From positions 3,808,001 to 3,872,000 of the forward strand of contig CBDFKD010000002.1 of NCBI GenBank assembly GCA_965248695.1: a DNA stretch of 64,000 nucleotides, given 5' to 3'. The stretch's first letter is position 1; each line of letters begins with the position of its first letter. The notes under the pieces are model-generated. The model had not been told where the DNA came from. It saw only the letters and a program-made list of their open reading frames with translations, and ran no database searches. The position numbers and the translations under genes were made by a program. The DNA comes from Acidobacteriota bacterium (GTDB lineage Bacteria; Acidobacteriota; UBA890; WLXD01). Shown here piece after piece: positions 27,019-35,518 of this stretch.

Positions 27019-27570
27019 CTAGCCGAGGTTGTCTTGCACCCCCGGGCTGGCCTTCGAGTAATCCTGCATTCCCTTCACCAACAAGTATGCACCCACGGCT
27101 AGCGGCAGTACCGGCCACCAGCTCTCGATCCATTCGAGCGAGTAGCCGAACAGCGTGTGCGACAAGGCCAGCGCGCCGAACGTCACCAGGATTCCACCGC
27201 CGACGATCGAGCCGCCCATCGCCGGCATCTGGAAATCTTCCGGTAGCTCGATTTTCTCGGTTCCGGTCGCAGCGTGGTTATAAAGCGCCGCCAGGCGGCC
27301 GGCGTCGATGACGTTGAACAGCCAGAAGAAGAACGTCGCGAACCCGGGCATCGGTTCGAGGCTATTGGGCGCGTTGTTCGCGACGGTGAGGAGCATCAAG
27401 AACACACCTCCCAACACGAAGCCACGCGTGTAGTAGCCGATGTAGATTTGACCGAGCCCCGGGGCGACGGACAGGAGCGCCGCCATGCGGGGTGACTTGC
27501 GTCGCGGATCGAAAAGTTGCCGTGCAGCGTACTGCTGCGGCTGCTCAAGCTGAGGCGTCGATGGTTCCAT
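27019..27570 (-). CDS. Membrane protein (TM2 / DUF5668 LiaF-like) of the ECF module
   Basis: KSPRMAALLSVAPGLGQIYIGYYTRG; WWPVLPLAVG; overlaps the anti-sigma stop. Confidence 0.75.
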   Translation of the reverse strand: MEPSTPQLEQPQQYAARQLFDPRRKSPRMAALLSVAPGLGQIYIGYYTRGFVLGGVFLMLLTVANNAPNSLEPMPGFATFFFWLFNVIDAGRLAALYNHAATGTEKIELPEDFQMPAMGGSIVGGGILVTFGALALSHTLFGYSLEWIESWWPVLPLAVGAYLLVKGMQDYSKASPGVQDNLG

Positions 27571-28495
27571 CGTTCTGCTCTCTTGTCTGCTCACCGGGAT
27601 CGGCCAACCCCAGCACCCGTAGGCGCAGGCGCTGCATCGACTCGATGATCGGGTTCACATGATCTCGCCAGGTCGTGGCGATTCGGTCTTCGCTGGCGCG
27701 TCGCCAGCATCGGGCAAAGTCAGACAGGGTCGAGGCAGTGCCGCGCCCTGAGTCACAAACGTCGACATAGTCGACAAGCCGCTGCGCAGACTCCGTCCAC
27801 CTGCGCCCGCCGACAGCGGTCAACTGGTACGCCCCCGCAGCTACCGTCTGCCGCATCTCGACGCCCTGCTGCTCGAGCTCGGTCAGCAGGCGCGGCGGCA
27901 GCTCGGCCAGAGGAGCACCGGGGAAGCCGACGAACAGAAACAACGCGAAGGTCCCCGCGTAGGCGCCCTCCAACGCTAACCGGGGCCGTCGCGCGAACGC
28001 CTCCCACACCGATCCGCGCGCCGATGCCCCTGACCCCGACCACCAGCGAGACCATGCGCGCCCGAGCCCGGAACTCGTGGTCTTCGTCACAGTTGCGGTC
28101 ATCACCTCGGTGACGAAATCACCGTCCGGCTGTAGATCAGCCAGCTGCGGCAACTCGAGCCTCAGGCGCTCGAGCGCACGCGACAGTCCGCGACAGTCGA
28201 GACAGTTCGCCAGGTGCGTCTCCAGGGCGTCGTCTGCCTCGAACAGGGCGGCGCCGGCTCGTTCGGAGCACAGCTGCTGCGCGCGGCCACAGGGACTTCC
28301 CGAAGTTGCCGCCAGGATCGCCGCTGCCAGGTCGGCCGGCGCGACCGCGGAGGCATGCCCTTCGAGCACCGCCGCCTGCAGCGCTCGACACTCACGGCAG
28401 TCCGAGGCATGGGCTCGCATCGGCTCTCGCTCGGCACCGTCAAGGGTCCCCTCGAGCTGCTCGAACAACGCCTCTTCGAAGCGTGCGCAGTCCAT
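27545..28495 (-). CDS. Zinc-binding anti-sigma factor (zf-HC2) with two HxxxCxxC motifs
   Basis: MDC...HASDCRECR and C...HLANCLDCR; one TM segment; directly follows the ECF sigma. Confidence 0.8.
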   Translation of the reverse strand: MDCARFEEALFEQLEGTLDGAEREPMRAHASDCRECRALQAAVLEGHASAVAPADLAAAILAATSGSPCGRAQQLCSERAGAALFEADDALETHLANCLDCRGLSRALERLRLELPQLADLQPDGDFVTEVMTATVTKTTSSGLGRAWSRWWSGSGASARGSVWEAFARRPRLALEGAYAGTFALFLFVGFPGAPLAELPPRLLTELEQQGVEMRQTVAAGAYQLTAVGGRRWTESAQRLVDYVDVCDSGRGTASTLSDFARCWRRASEDRIATTWRDHVNPIIESMQRLRLRVLGLADPGEQTREQNDGTIDASA

Positions 28496-28498
28496 CGG

Positions 28499-29059
28499 TC
28501 AGATCCCGAACGACGGGTCGAGCTCGAGCATGCGGCGGGCGAGCTCGAGTCGGGCCCGGTTGGCTCTCGCCTTGACGGTGCCGAGCGGAATCGAAAGCAG
28601 GTCGGATATCTCGCGTTGCTTGAGGCCCTGGATCTCCTTCAGAAGGATCATCTCTCGATTGATCGGGCTCATCTGGTCGATCGCCCGGCGCATGGTTTCG
28701 TGTCGCTCGCCGGTGATGCTGGCGGCTTCGGGGCCGGGCGCGTGGTCCGGGCCGGCCGGCCGGTCGTCGATCGGCGTACCGTCGAGCGCCGGTCGCGCCT
28801 TGAGGTGACGCAGCCGGTCGATGCTTGCGTTGCGGGCGATGCGGACGGCCCAGGCGAGGAAGCTGCCGCCTCGATCGAAACTCGCGAGGCCCTTGTAGAT
28901 GTGGACGAAGGTCTCCTGGGCGACATCGCGCGCCTCTTCGCGATCGTGAAGGTAGTGGTAGGCCACGGCAAACACCCGCCCCTGAAAGCGACGCACCAGC
29001 GCCTCCCAGGCGAGCTCGTCGCCTCCCCGGCAGCGCGCGATCAGCGTCTCGAGTTCCAA
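28499..29059 (-). CDS. ECF-family RNA polymerase sigma factor
   Basis: GDELAWEALV, ARDVAQETF, FLAWAVRIARN, EISDLLSIPLGTVKARANRAR. Confidence 0.95.
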   Translation of the reverse strand: MELETLIARCRGGDELAWEALVRRFQGRVFAVAYHYLHDREEARDVAQETFVHIYKGLASFDRGGSFLAWAVRIARNASIDRLRHLKARPALDGTPIDDRPAGPDHAPGPEAASITGERHETMRRAIDQMSPINREMILLKEIQGLKQREISDLLSIPLGTVKARANRARLELARRMLELDPSFGI

Positions 29060-29329
29060 GCAGTCCCTTTCGCGTTGGTCGAGCGCGGCCGCCTCGAGCC
29101 CCTGCCGCCGTCACTCGTGTTTCTCAGCAGCACTAACGAAACATCGCCGAAAAGGTTCGGTCGACGGCGACTCGCCATGGCGAGTCGCCCCTTGACCGGC
29201 GGTCACCCGCCAGGCGTCGCCACTGCGGGGTTTCTGTTTGGCGGCTGGGACGCTAGCGTAGCAACCGGGTACTACGGAGACGAAACCGCGACAGGATCCA
29301 GACTGAGCGTCGCTCAATCGGAGGGCACA

Positions 29330-30562
29330 ATGCGTCGAGCCAATCTAGCGTTGCTGCTGCTCCTCGTCCTGGCGCTCAGCGCGGCGGCGCTCGCGGTGCT
29401 GCCGTCAGCGGCGAACAATCCCTTCGAGGAGCAGACGGCCGCGGGCATCGAGCGCCTGTTCCTGCTGAGATCCTGGGCGCCTGCCATAACGCTGGCGCTG
29501 GCGGCAGGGGCTCTGTTGCTTACCAGCGGCGTCTGGGCGCTCTCGACCTCCTGGGCGGCGCGCGGCACCTCGGCGATCGCCCTGGTGCTCACGGTGGCAG
29601 CGGCATTCTTCGCCCGGGAGCACATGATCGAGTGGATGTTCGCGCCGATCGAGACGGTCGACTTCGTCGGCAGGTCCGAGGCAACGCATGTGGCGGACGA
29701 CGACATGGTCCTGGGTGTCGCGGTCGGCGGCGAGGCGCGAGCCTATCCCGTCTTGATGACCGCCTACTACCACATCGTCAACGACGAGCTCGGCGAAGAG
29801 CCTTACGTCGTCACCTACTGAACCCTCTGCCACACCGGTCTGGTGTGGCGTTCTCGGCTCAACGGTCGCACCCTCCGTTTCCGGCTGGTGGGCATCAACA
29901 ACCAGAACTTCATCATGGAGGACGAGGAAACCGGCACCTGGTGGCAGCAAATCACCGGCGAAGCGTTGCACGGTCCGCTGGCGGGTGAGCGTCTCGAGCC
30001 CATGCCCTTCGAGATGGTGAGCATGGCGATCTGGCGCACAGAGCATCCCGACAGTGGCGTGCTCGCCATCGAGCAAGACCATCTCGACGATTACGCACCG
30101 GAGGACTGGGTCGCCGAGATGCAGGCCGATACCCCCGTCCCCGACGGTTTGACGCCGGACGGCCAGCTGGCGCCACGCGCGCTGGTGGTCGGCGTCGAGA
30201 TCGACGGCCGTGCCATGGCCTATCCGCTCGACATGGTCGCCGCACAGACACCGGTCCTGGACCAGGTCGGCGACGTGCCGCTGCTGGTAGCGGTGGCCGA
30301 GGACGGCCGGTCGGTGCGCGTGTTCGATCGTCGTCTCGATGAGACCGTGCTCGAGCTGTATGCCCGTACAGACGCGGTCGCACCGTCTCTGATCGACGCC
30401 GCCACCGGTTCAGAATTCGATTTCACCGGATTGGGGCGCTCCGGCCCCCATGCAGGCCGCCGGCTGGATCGGATCGACGCGATCACGGAATTCTGGTTCG
30501 ACTGGCACAACTATCATCCCGAGACCTGGGTGTACCAGGCAGGCGAGCTCCCCAGCAGGTGA
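29330..30562 (+). CDS. DUF3179 family selenoprotein (in-frame UGA = Sec at 29819..29821)
   Basis: ARAYP..YHIVND..VVTY-UGA-TLCHTG continues in frame into ORF 29843..30562 (TGTWWQQITGEALHGPLAG, EFWFDW..HP); UGA occupies the first Cys of the family CxxC. Confidence 0.88.
29829..29849 (+). promoter_or_regulatory. Candidate bacterial SECIS hairpin
   Basis: GCCACACC-GGTCT-GGTGTGGC, a perfect 8-bp stem 7 nt after the UGA, with a G-starting loop. Confidence 0.7.
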
Positions 30563-30663
30563 GGATCTGACCGTCCACCGGTTACCGCTAGTGTCGCGTA
30601 CTGCTGTACTCTCACGACCGGCGGAAGCTGTACTGGTGGATCGAACTTTCAGGAGGCTAGGAG

Positions 30664-31158
30664 ATGTTCTCGACGACGAGTGGTTCTCGGCGCGGCGGGC
30701 GAGCTGCGGGTGCGGCGATCATGCCGCTGCTGATTCTGGGGTTAGCAGCTTGTGGCGGCGCGGGCGACAGCACACCGGAGGCTGCGGAACCACCTGCGGC
30801 CGAAGAACCCAGCCCGGCGCCACAGGTCTTCTTTGCCGCACCGGCTGAGGGCAGCACGGTTCAGGCGCCGGTGCGCATGGAGTTCGGCGCCGAGCACTTC
30901 ACCATCGAGCCGGTCGGCGATGGCGACATTCATGCCGGCGCCGGTCACATGCACATCGGCATCGACACGGAGTGCCTGCCCGCCGGCACGGTGATTCCGA
31001 CCGCCAGCCCCTGGGTCCACTTCGGCGACGGATCGATGCAGATCGATGTCGATCTGACGCCAGGAGAGCACACCATCGTGCTGCAGATCGGCGACGGCGA
31101 GCACCGGACCATCGATGAGCCCGGGCTCTGCAACTCGGTTACTTTCAACGTCGAATAA
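30664..31158 (+). CDS. DUF4399 family lipoprotein
   Basis: Lipobox LAAC; GHMHIGID, HFGDG, LTPGEHTIVLQIGDGEH. Confidence 0.85.
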   Translation: MFSTTSGSRRGGRAAGAAIMPLLILGLAACGGAGDSTPEAAEPPAAEEPSPAPQVFFAAPAEGSTVQAPVRMEFGAEHFTIEPVGDGDIHAGAGHMHIGIDTECLPAGTVIPTASPWVHFGDGSMQIDVDLTPGEHTIVLQIGDGEHRTIDEPGLCNSVTFNVE

Positions 31159-31200
31159 CGTCTCGGCGGGAGGCTCGTTCGGCGTGGCCGAACGTCCTGG

Positions 31201-31290
31201 ATGATCGCGGTCAGCGGACTTGGCTACACGTACGCCGGGACCACGGAACCGGCTGTATCGGGCGCCGATTTCCGGATCGCCGACGGCGAT
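31201..31290 (+). pseudogene. First 30 codons of an ABC transporter ATP-binding gene (Rv2688c-like), cut by IS3 copy 2
   Basis: MIAVSGLGYTYAGTTEPAVSGADFRIADGD, ending just before the expected Walker A. Confidence 0.75.
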
Positions 31291-31324
31291 TGACCTGACC
31301 CCGCGGTTAGTACCATGTCTTATC

Positions 31325-32209
31325 TCAGTAACTCGGTGCTGACAAGAGGTTGTTGAGGCCGGCGAAGCGGAGCGCAGCCGGCTTCAACAACGTCGCTTCG
31401 GGTGCGGGCGGCCGATAGCTCAGCGAGCTGTGCGGTCGCATGCGGTTGTAGTGCTGACGCCATCTCTCGATCAGAACCTTTGCCTCCTTGAGCGTGTAGA
31501 AGATCTCTCCATCCAGCAGCTCGTCGCGTAGCTTGCCGTTGAAGCTCTCCACGTAACCGTTCTCCCACGGCGAGCCCGGCTCGATGAACAGCGTCCCCAC
31601 GCCCAACCGGCCCAGCCAGTCGCGAACCGCCTCGGCGGTGAACTCTGGTCCGTTATCCGACCGGATGTGCTCAGGTATGCCCCGGTGTACGAACAACCTC
31701 CCGAGCTGCTCCAGCACGTCCTCAGAGTTGAGCTTCCGTGCTACATGGATCGCCAGGCTTTCTCGTGTGTACTCATCGACGATCGTCAGCAGCCTCATAG
31801 CCCGACCGTCGTGCGTCCGGTGGTGCAGGAAGTCATACGCCCAGACATGATCCCGGTGCTGTGGGCGCAGCCGGATGCAGGAGCCATCGCTCAGCCACAG
31901 CCGTGCTCGTTTGGGCTGTTTTCTCGGTACTTTCAGCCCTTCGCGCCGCCAGATACGCTGCACTCGTTTGTGGTTCACGGACCAGCCCTCCATGCGCAGC
32001 AACGCTGTCACCCTCCGATATCCGTAGCGCCCGTACTGTCGGGCTAAATCCACGATCCGCTCCGTCAAAATCTGCTCCTGTTGCGGCTCTCTTGGCACGT
32101 ACCGGTGTGTCGTGCGTGGTTGTTTCAGTACCCGACACGCCCGCCTCTCCGAGACGCCCAGCCGCCCCCGTACATGTGCCACCGCCTCTCGCCGCCGAGC
32201 TGGGCTCAG
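31325..32209 (-). CDS. IS3 transposase OrfB (DDE)
   Basis: [28 protein letters not shown]; joined to orfA at GGGAAACTTCTGA. Confidence 0.93.
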   Translation of the reverse strand: MSPARRREAVAHVRGRLGVSERRACRVLKQPRTTHRYVPREPQQEQILTERIVDLARQYGRYGYRRVTALLRMEGWSVNHKRVQRIWRREGLKVPRKQPKRARLWLSDGSCIRLRPQHRDHVWAYDFLHHRTHDGRAMRLLTIVDEYTRESLAIHVARKLNSEDVLEQLGRLFVHRGIPEHIRSDNGPEFTAEAVRDWLGRLGVGTLFIEPGSPWENGYVESFNGKLRDELLDGEIFYTLKEAKVLIERWRQHYNRMRPHSSLSYRPPAPEATLLKPAALRFAGLNNLLSAPSY

Positions 32210-32484
32210 AAGTTTCCCTCCGCCACTTCCTTCAGGATCGACAGGTCGAGTTCCTTTTCCGCCACCAGCCTCTTGAGCCGGGCATTCTCCTTCTCCAGTT
32301 GCTTGAGCTTTCTGGCCTGGTTGAGCTTCAGTCCGCCGTACTCTCGCCGCCACCGGTAGTAGGTGTGCTCGGTGATTGCTAGCTTGCGGCAGGCATCCTT
32401 GACCGTCGCCCCTCGAGCCAGCTCCACCTCAGCCTCCCGGAGCTTGCGTACGATCTGCTCGGCGCTGTGCCTCTTACTCGGCAT
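32206..32484 (-). CDS. IS3 transposase OrfA
   Basis: MPSKRHSAEQIVRKLRE..TYYRWRREYGG..LEKENARLKRL. Confidence 0.92.
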   Translation of the reverse strand: MPSKRHSAEQIVRKLREAEVELARGATVKDACRKLAITEHTYYRWRREYGGLKLNQARKLKQLEKENARLKRLVAEKELDLSILKEVAEGNF

Positions 32485-32550
32485 TCTGACCTCCCGTTCT
32501 TGACCCAGATCGTGAGATTACATCCGGATCCGTTTTCGGGGGTCAGGTCA

Positions 32551-32591
32551 AGATCATGAATCTGCTAAAACGGATGGGGGTGAAACCATGA
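32551..32591 (+). pseudogene. Last codons of a probable HicA toxin gene
   Basis: IMNLLKRMGVKP* overlapping the hicB start (ATGA); resembles HicA C-termini. Confidence 0.5.
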
Positions 32592-32920
32592 TGGAATACA
32601 AAGGCTATCTAGGAAAAGTGGATGTTGACGGTAACGAGTTTCATGGAACCGTGGTCAATCTCCACCGCGACTACGTAGATTTTCGAGGCACGACTCTCGA
32701 AGAAGTACGTAAATCCTTTATGGAATCTGTCGACTTCTACCTCGAAGGCTGCAGGAAAGACGGAGAGGGGCCTGAAAAACCCTTCTCAGGAAAGTTCGTT
32801 GTGCGGCTTACGCCTGCGACTCACCGCCGTGCCGCAACATTGGCTCGCATGAACGACCAGAGTTTGAACACGGTACTCGTAGAAGCTCTTGAAAAACACC
32901 TAGCTAAACAAGGCCTCTAG
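32588..32920 (+). CDS. hicB: HicB family antitoxin
   Basis: MEYKGYLG..FHGTV..DFRG..SVDFYLE..PEKPFSGKFVVRL; low GC. Confidence 0.92.
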   Translation: MMEYKGYLGKVDVDGNEFHGTVVNLHRDYVDFRGTTLEEVRKSFMESVDFYLEGCRKDGEGPEKPFSGKFVVRLTPATHRRAATLARMNDQSLNTVLVEALEKHLAKQGL

Positions 32921-33141
32921 AGCGTCTGCGTAAACTCACCCCCACGTTGATCCTCCGCCGTCACCACCTCCGCCAGCTCGGACTCGATGATGCGGATGTA
33001 CCTCCGCTTACCACTATCACATCGTGGGCCGACACGGACGTGGCCGATGACGCCCTTGTCGATCCACCGATACAGGGTATCCACGGCGATGTGGTAGCGC
33101 TCGGCGGCCTCAGAGACGGTCAGAAAGAGCTCGGTCATCAT
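32917..33141 (-). CDS. Excisionase-like / MerR-type HTH protein
   Basis: FLTVSEAAERYHIAVDTLYRWIDKG..IRI. Confidence 0.8.
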   Translation of the reverse strand: MMTELFLTVSEAAERYHIAVDTLYRWIDKGVIGHVRVGPRCDSGKRRYIRIIESELAEVVTAEDQRGGEFTQTL

Positions 33142-34607
33142 CGCCTTCCCAGTGGCCTACCGAGTGCACGAGCTCGGGGCTTTGGTTTCTGGAGCGTTAG
33201 CCTGTTGAACGCACCGCTGGATGCATCCACCTGGTCCATGGGCTTGGCCTTGCCGTCGAAGCGGTGCATCTCTTGCAGGTACGGCTCGTTCCATGGCCCC
33301 TGCACGTAGGAGACGTTCCCCGCCTCCACCTGTGCGGCGAACGGTTGCGCTCGCGTCAGCTTGTCACCTGTGGCTCGCTCGCTGTGAACGTCGAACCCGG
33401 CCAGCTGACGCACCGTGTTCTCGGCACTCTCCTTGCCCCCAGAGCCGGGCTCCTGCTCCACCCACGTCGCCACCGGCGCCTGCAGGCTCGCGTCGGCCTC
33501 GGCCTTCTGCCGAATCACCCTCTCCCGCTCCAGGGCCGACCACTGGCCTCGCTCCACATCCCCCACCACGAAGGACCCGTCGGGCCGGTTGCCGATCAAC
33601 ACGCCCGCACTGTAGGCGGCCGATGGGTTGTCCACCGTGCCGGCCTTGTCCCAGTAACGCACCCACCCCTCCACGTCAATCGGCATCGCCGGGAGCTCGC
33701 GCAACCAGGCGCGGTTGAACACCAGGCCAGCCTTTGCCTTGATGTGCCAGTTGCCCTTGAGCAGCCGCTCCCTCTCCACCAACGGCAGCGCCATAAGCTT
33801 GGCGCGGTAGTCGGGGTCGGCGCGCTCCAGCGCTGGGTTATCCTCCAACGTGGCCGGGATGAACGTCACTGACCGCGGCCGGATCTCGGTGGCAGCGTGC
33901 TCAGGGAAGCGCTCGTGCAGCTGGTCGGGCGTATCGGCCCAGTGCAGCTCCTCCGCCAGCCGCACGAACCAGCGCACCTTTCCGGCGCGCTCCTGGATCG
34001 CATAGCCGGTCTCTGGGTCAATCCACCAGCGGATGAACCGGTTCAACCACCCGCCCACCGGATCATCCTCCGGCACCGGGTTACACGTGGCCCGCACGTA
34101 AGGTCGAATGCCGGCGCGTGCGGAGCGGTTGCGCGACAGCAAAAACCAGAACTGCTCTTGGGTGAAGTCCTCCAGCTGGTCAAACCCGATCATCGGAATT
34201 TGTGCCCCCTTCCACGCCAGCCGGTCCTTTTCATGCTGCATGTGGGCGAACTTCACCGTCATGCCGCTGCGGAAGCGGTACTCGACACTTGAGTCGCGCG
34301 CCTCGCCACCGAGCAACGGGTACATCTGCCCAGCCTCGTCCCACAGCGCCCCCTGTCCCATGATCTGCGGGTACGTGCGCCGGAAGATCACGGTGCCAAA
34401 GTGCGGGTTGTCCAGCTGGTACAGCGGCTCCATCAGCAGCGCGAACGTCTTGCCGCCACCGGCCGCCCCGCCCGCGATCGCAATGTCGGCATCCGAGGCT
34501 AGGAACGCCTCCTGTGGCCCCAGCTGCGGACGTAGCTCGATCGTCTCGATCGTCTCGACCGCAACCTCGGCTTCTTGACTCGACTGGCTTGTCGCCACTA
34601 CCCCCAC
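33138..34607 (-). CDS. Phage terminase large subunit
   Basis: PQLGPQEAFL, Walker A GGAAGGGKT, Walker B FDQLED, RATCNP, RYWDKA, EQEPGSGGK, DQVDASSGAF. Confidence 0.92.
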   Translation of the reverse strand: MGVVATSQSSQEAEVAVETIETIELRPQLGPQEAFLASDADIAIAGGAAGGGKTFALLMEPLYQLDNPHFGTVIFRRTYPQIMGQGALWDEAGQMYPLLGGEARDSSVEYRFRSGMTVKFAHMQHEKDRLAWKGAQIPMIGFDQLEDFTQEQFWFLLSRNRSARAGIRPYVRATCNPVPEDDPVGGWLNRFIRWWIDPETGYAIQERAGKVRWFVRLAEELHWADTPDQLHERFPEHAATEIRPRSVTFIPATLEDNPALERADPDYRAKLMALPLVERERLLKGNWHIKAKAGLVFNRAWLRELPAMPIDVEGWVRYWDKAGTVDNPSAAYSAGVLIGNRPDGSFVVGDVERGQWSALERERVIRQKAEADASLQAPVATWVEQEPGSGGKESAENTVRQLAGFDVHSERATGDKLTRAQPFAAQVEAGNVSYVQGPWNEPYLQEMHRFDGKAKPMDQVDASSGAFNRLTLQKPKPRARALGRPLGRR

Positions 34608-34998
34608 CCCTCTTTCTGACTCCCCCCTACCGTGGCACGGCTTTCGTCCTCGCCCTGGGGCGCTTGCGGCACCTCCAAAGCGATGAGGTACAGTAAATGC
34701 TTACAGCTATCCCGCCGCGTCGATTCTTCCAATGGGGTGGACTAGCGGTCGCAGCCTGCGGTCTACGGGCCATGCGGGACCGACCCACGACAGAATAAAC
34801 AGACCGAACATCGGGTGGTCGCACTGTCCGAGACCTCGGTTCGTTTCGGCGCGGTAGAAAGCTCGGATAGCATCGGGTGGGCTGGAGCGTTGCACCATTC
34901 ATGGTGCACGAATCGGCGTTTGAGCCACACAGCTCAAGTCCAAAAGTTCGGTCGCAGCTCCCCACCAGCAAGTAAACGCAACCTGATGGGGATGCAAC

Positions 34999-35499
34999 TC
35001 ACGACTCCTGCGGCTGCTGCTTGCCCGGCAGGTACACCACGACCTTCTGGATCGGGCCGCCGCCCGCACCCGTCACCTGCACGCGCTCGCTGACGCCACG
35101 AACCGATAGCAGGTGCTTGAGCACGAGATCTCCGGGGCGCTTGGGATCCAGGATGCGTCGCCGCGCCACCTCCAGCAGCATCGCCGTGCCCCGGTTGTAG
35201 TGGATCTCCTCCTGCTCGGCGAACTCGGTGTCTCCACGCTGCACGCGCTTGTAAGGAGTTTGCGCACTCACTCCGGCGATTCCAGCAGCCGACTCTTTGG
35301 TGTGACCCCGCTCTAGCGCTTTGAAGTAGGTCTCTTCCCAGTCCCCCTCACGTGCGCGCGCGCGCGCGTTGGCTCCTATACTCGCCTGTACTGGGTCCTT
35401 GGCATGGGAAGGGATCGCGCACCGATCCGATCCGGGTAACGCCTTACGTTTGCAGCGTTTCCCGGTGCTCGTGGTGATCGCCGTGCAGCGGTTGTTCAT
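34999..35499 (-). CDS. Probable terminase small subunit
   Basis: N-terminal Cys motif; HTH (AAGIAGVSAQTPY); C-terminal QVTGAGGGPIQ typical of TerS; lies upstream of TerL. Confidence 0.7.
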   Translation of the reverse strand: MNNRCTAITTSTGKRCKRKALPGSDRCAIPSHAKDPVQASIGANARARAREGDWEETYFKALERGHTKESAAGIAGVSAQTPYKRVQRGDTEFAEQEEIHYNRGTAMLLEVARRRILDPKRPGDLVLKHLLSVRGVSERVQVTGAGGGPIQKVVVYLPGKQQPQES

Positions 35500-35518
35500 G
35501 GGTGTGTGCCTGGGTTGC

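Larger units (their letters stand above)
31291..32550 (-). mobile_element. IS3-family insertion sequence (IS407-group-like), copy 2; related to but distinct from copy 1
   Basis: Termini TGACCTGACCCC...GGGGTCAGGTCA; no direct repeat; the two flanks belong to unrelated genes. Confidence 0.95.

Noticed and set aside
28214-29329. Long N-terminal extension of the DUF3179 ORF
   Set aside because: Antisense to the ECF and anti-sigma genes; the real start is ATG 29330 with a GGAGG RBS
34160-34195. TerL Walker B reading FDQLED instead of FDE as evidence of inactivation
   Set aside because: Acidic residues follow and all other motifs are intact; cannot be called without an alignment
35350-35369. (CG)n run in the terS gene
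   Set aside because: Short, in frame (ARARAR) and unremarkable at this GC content
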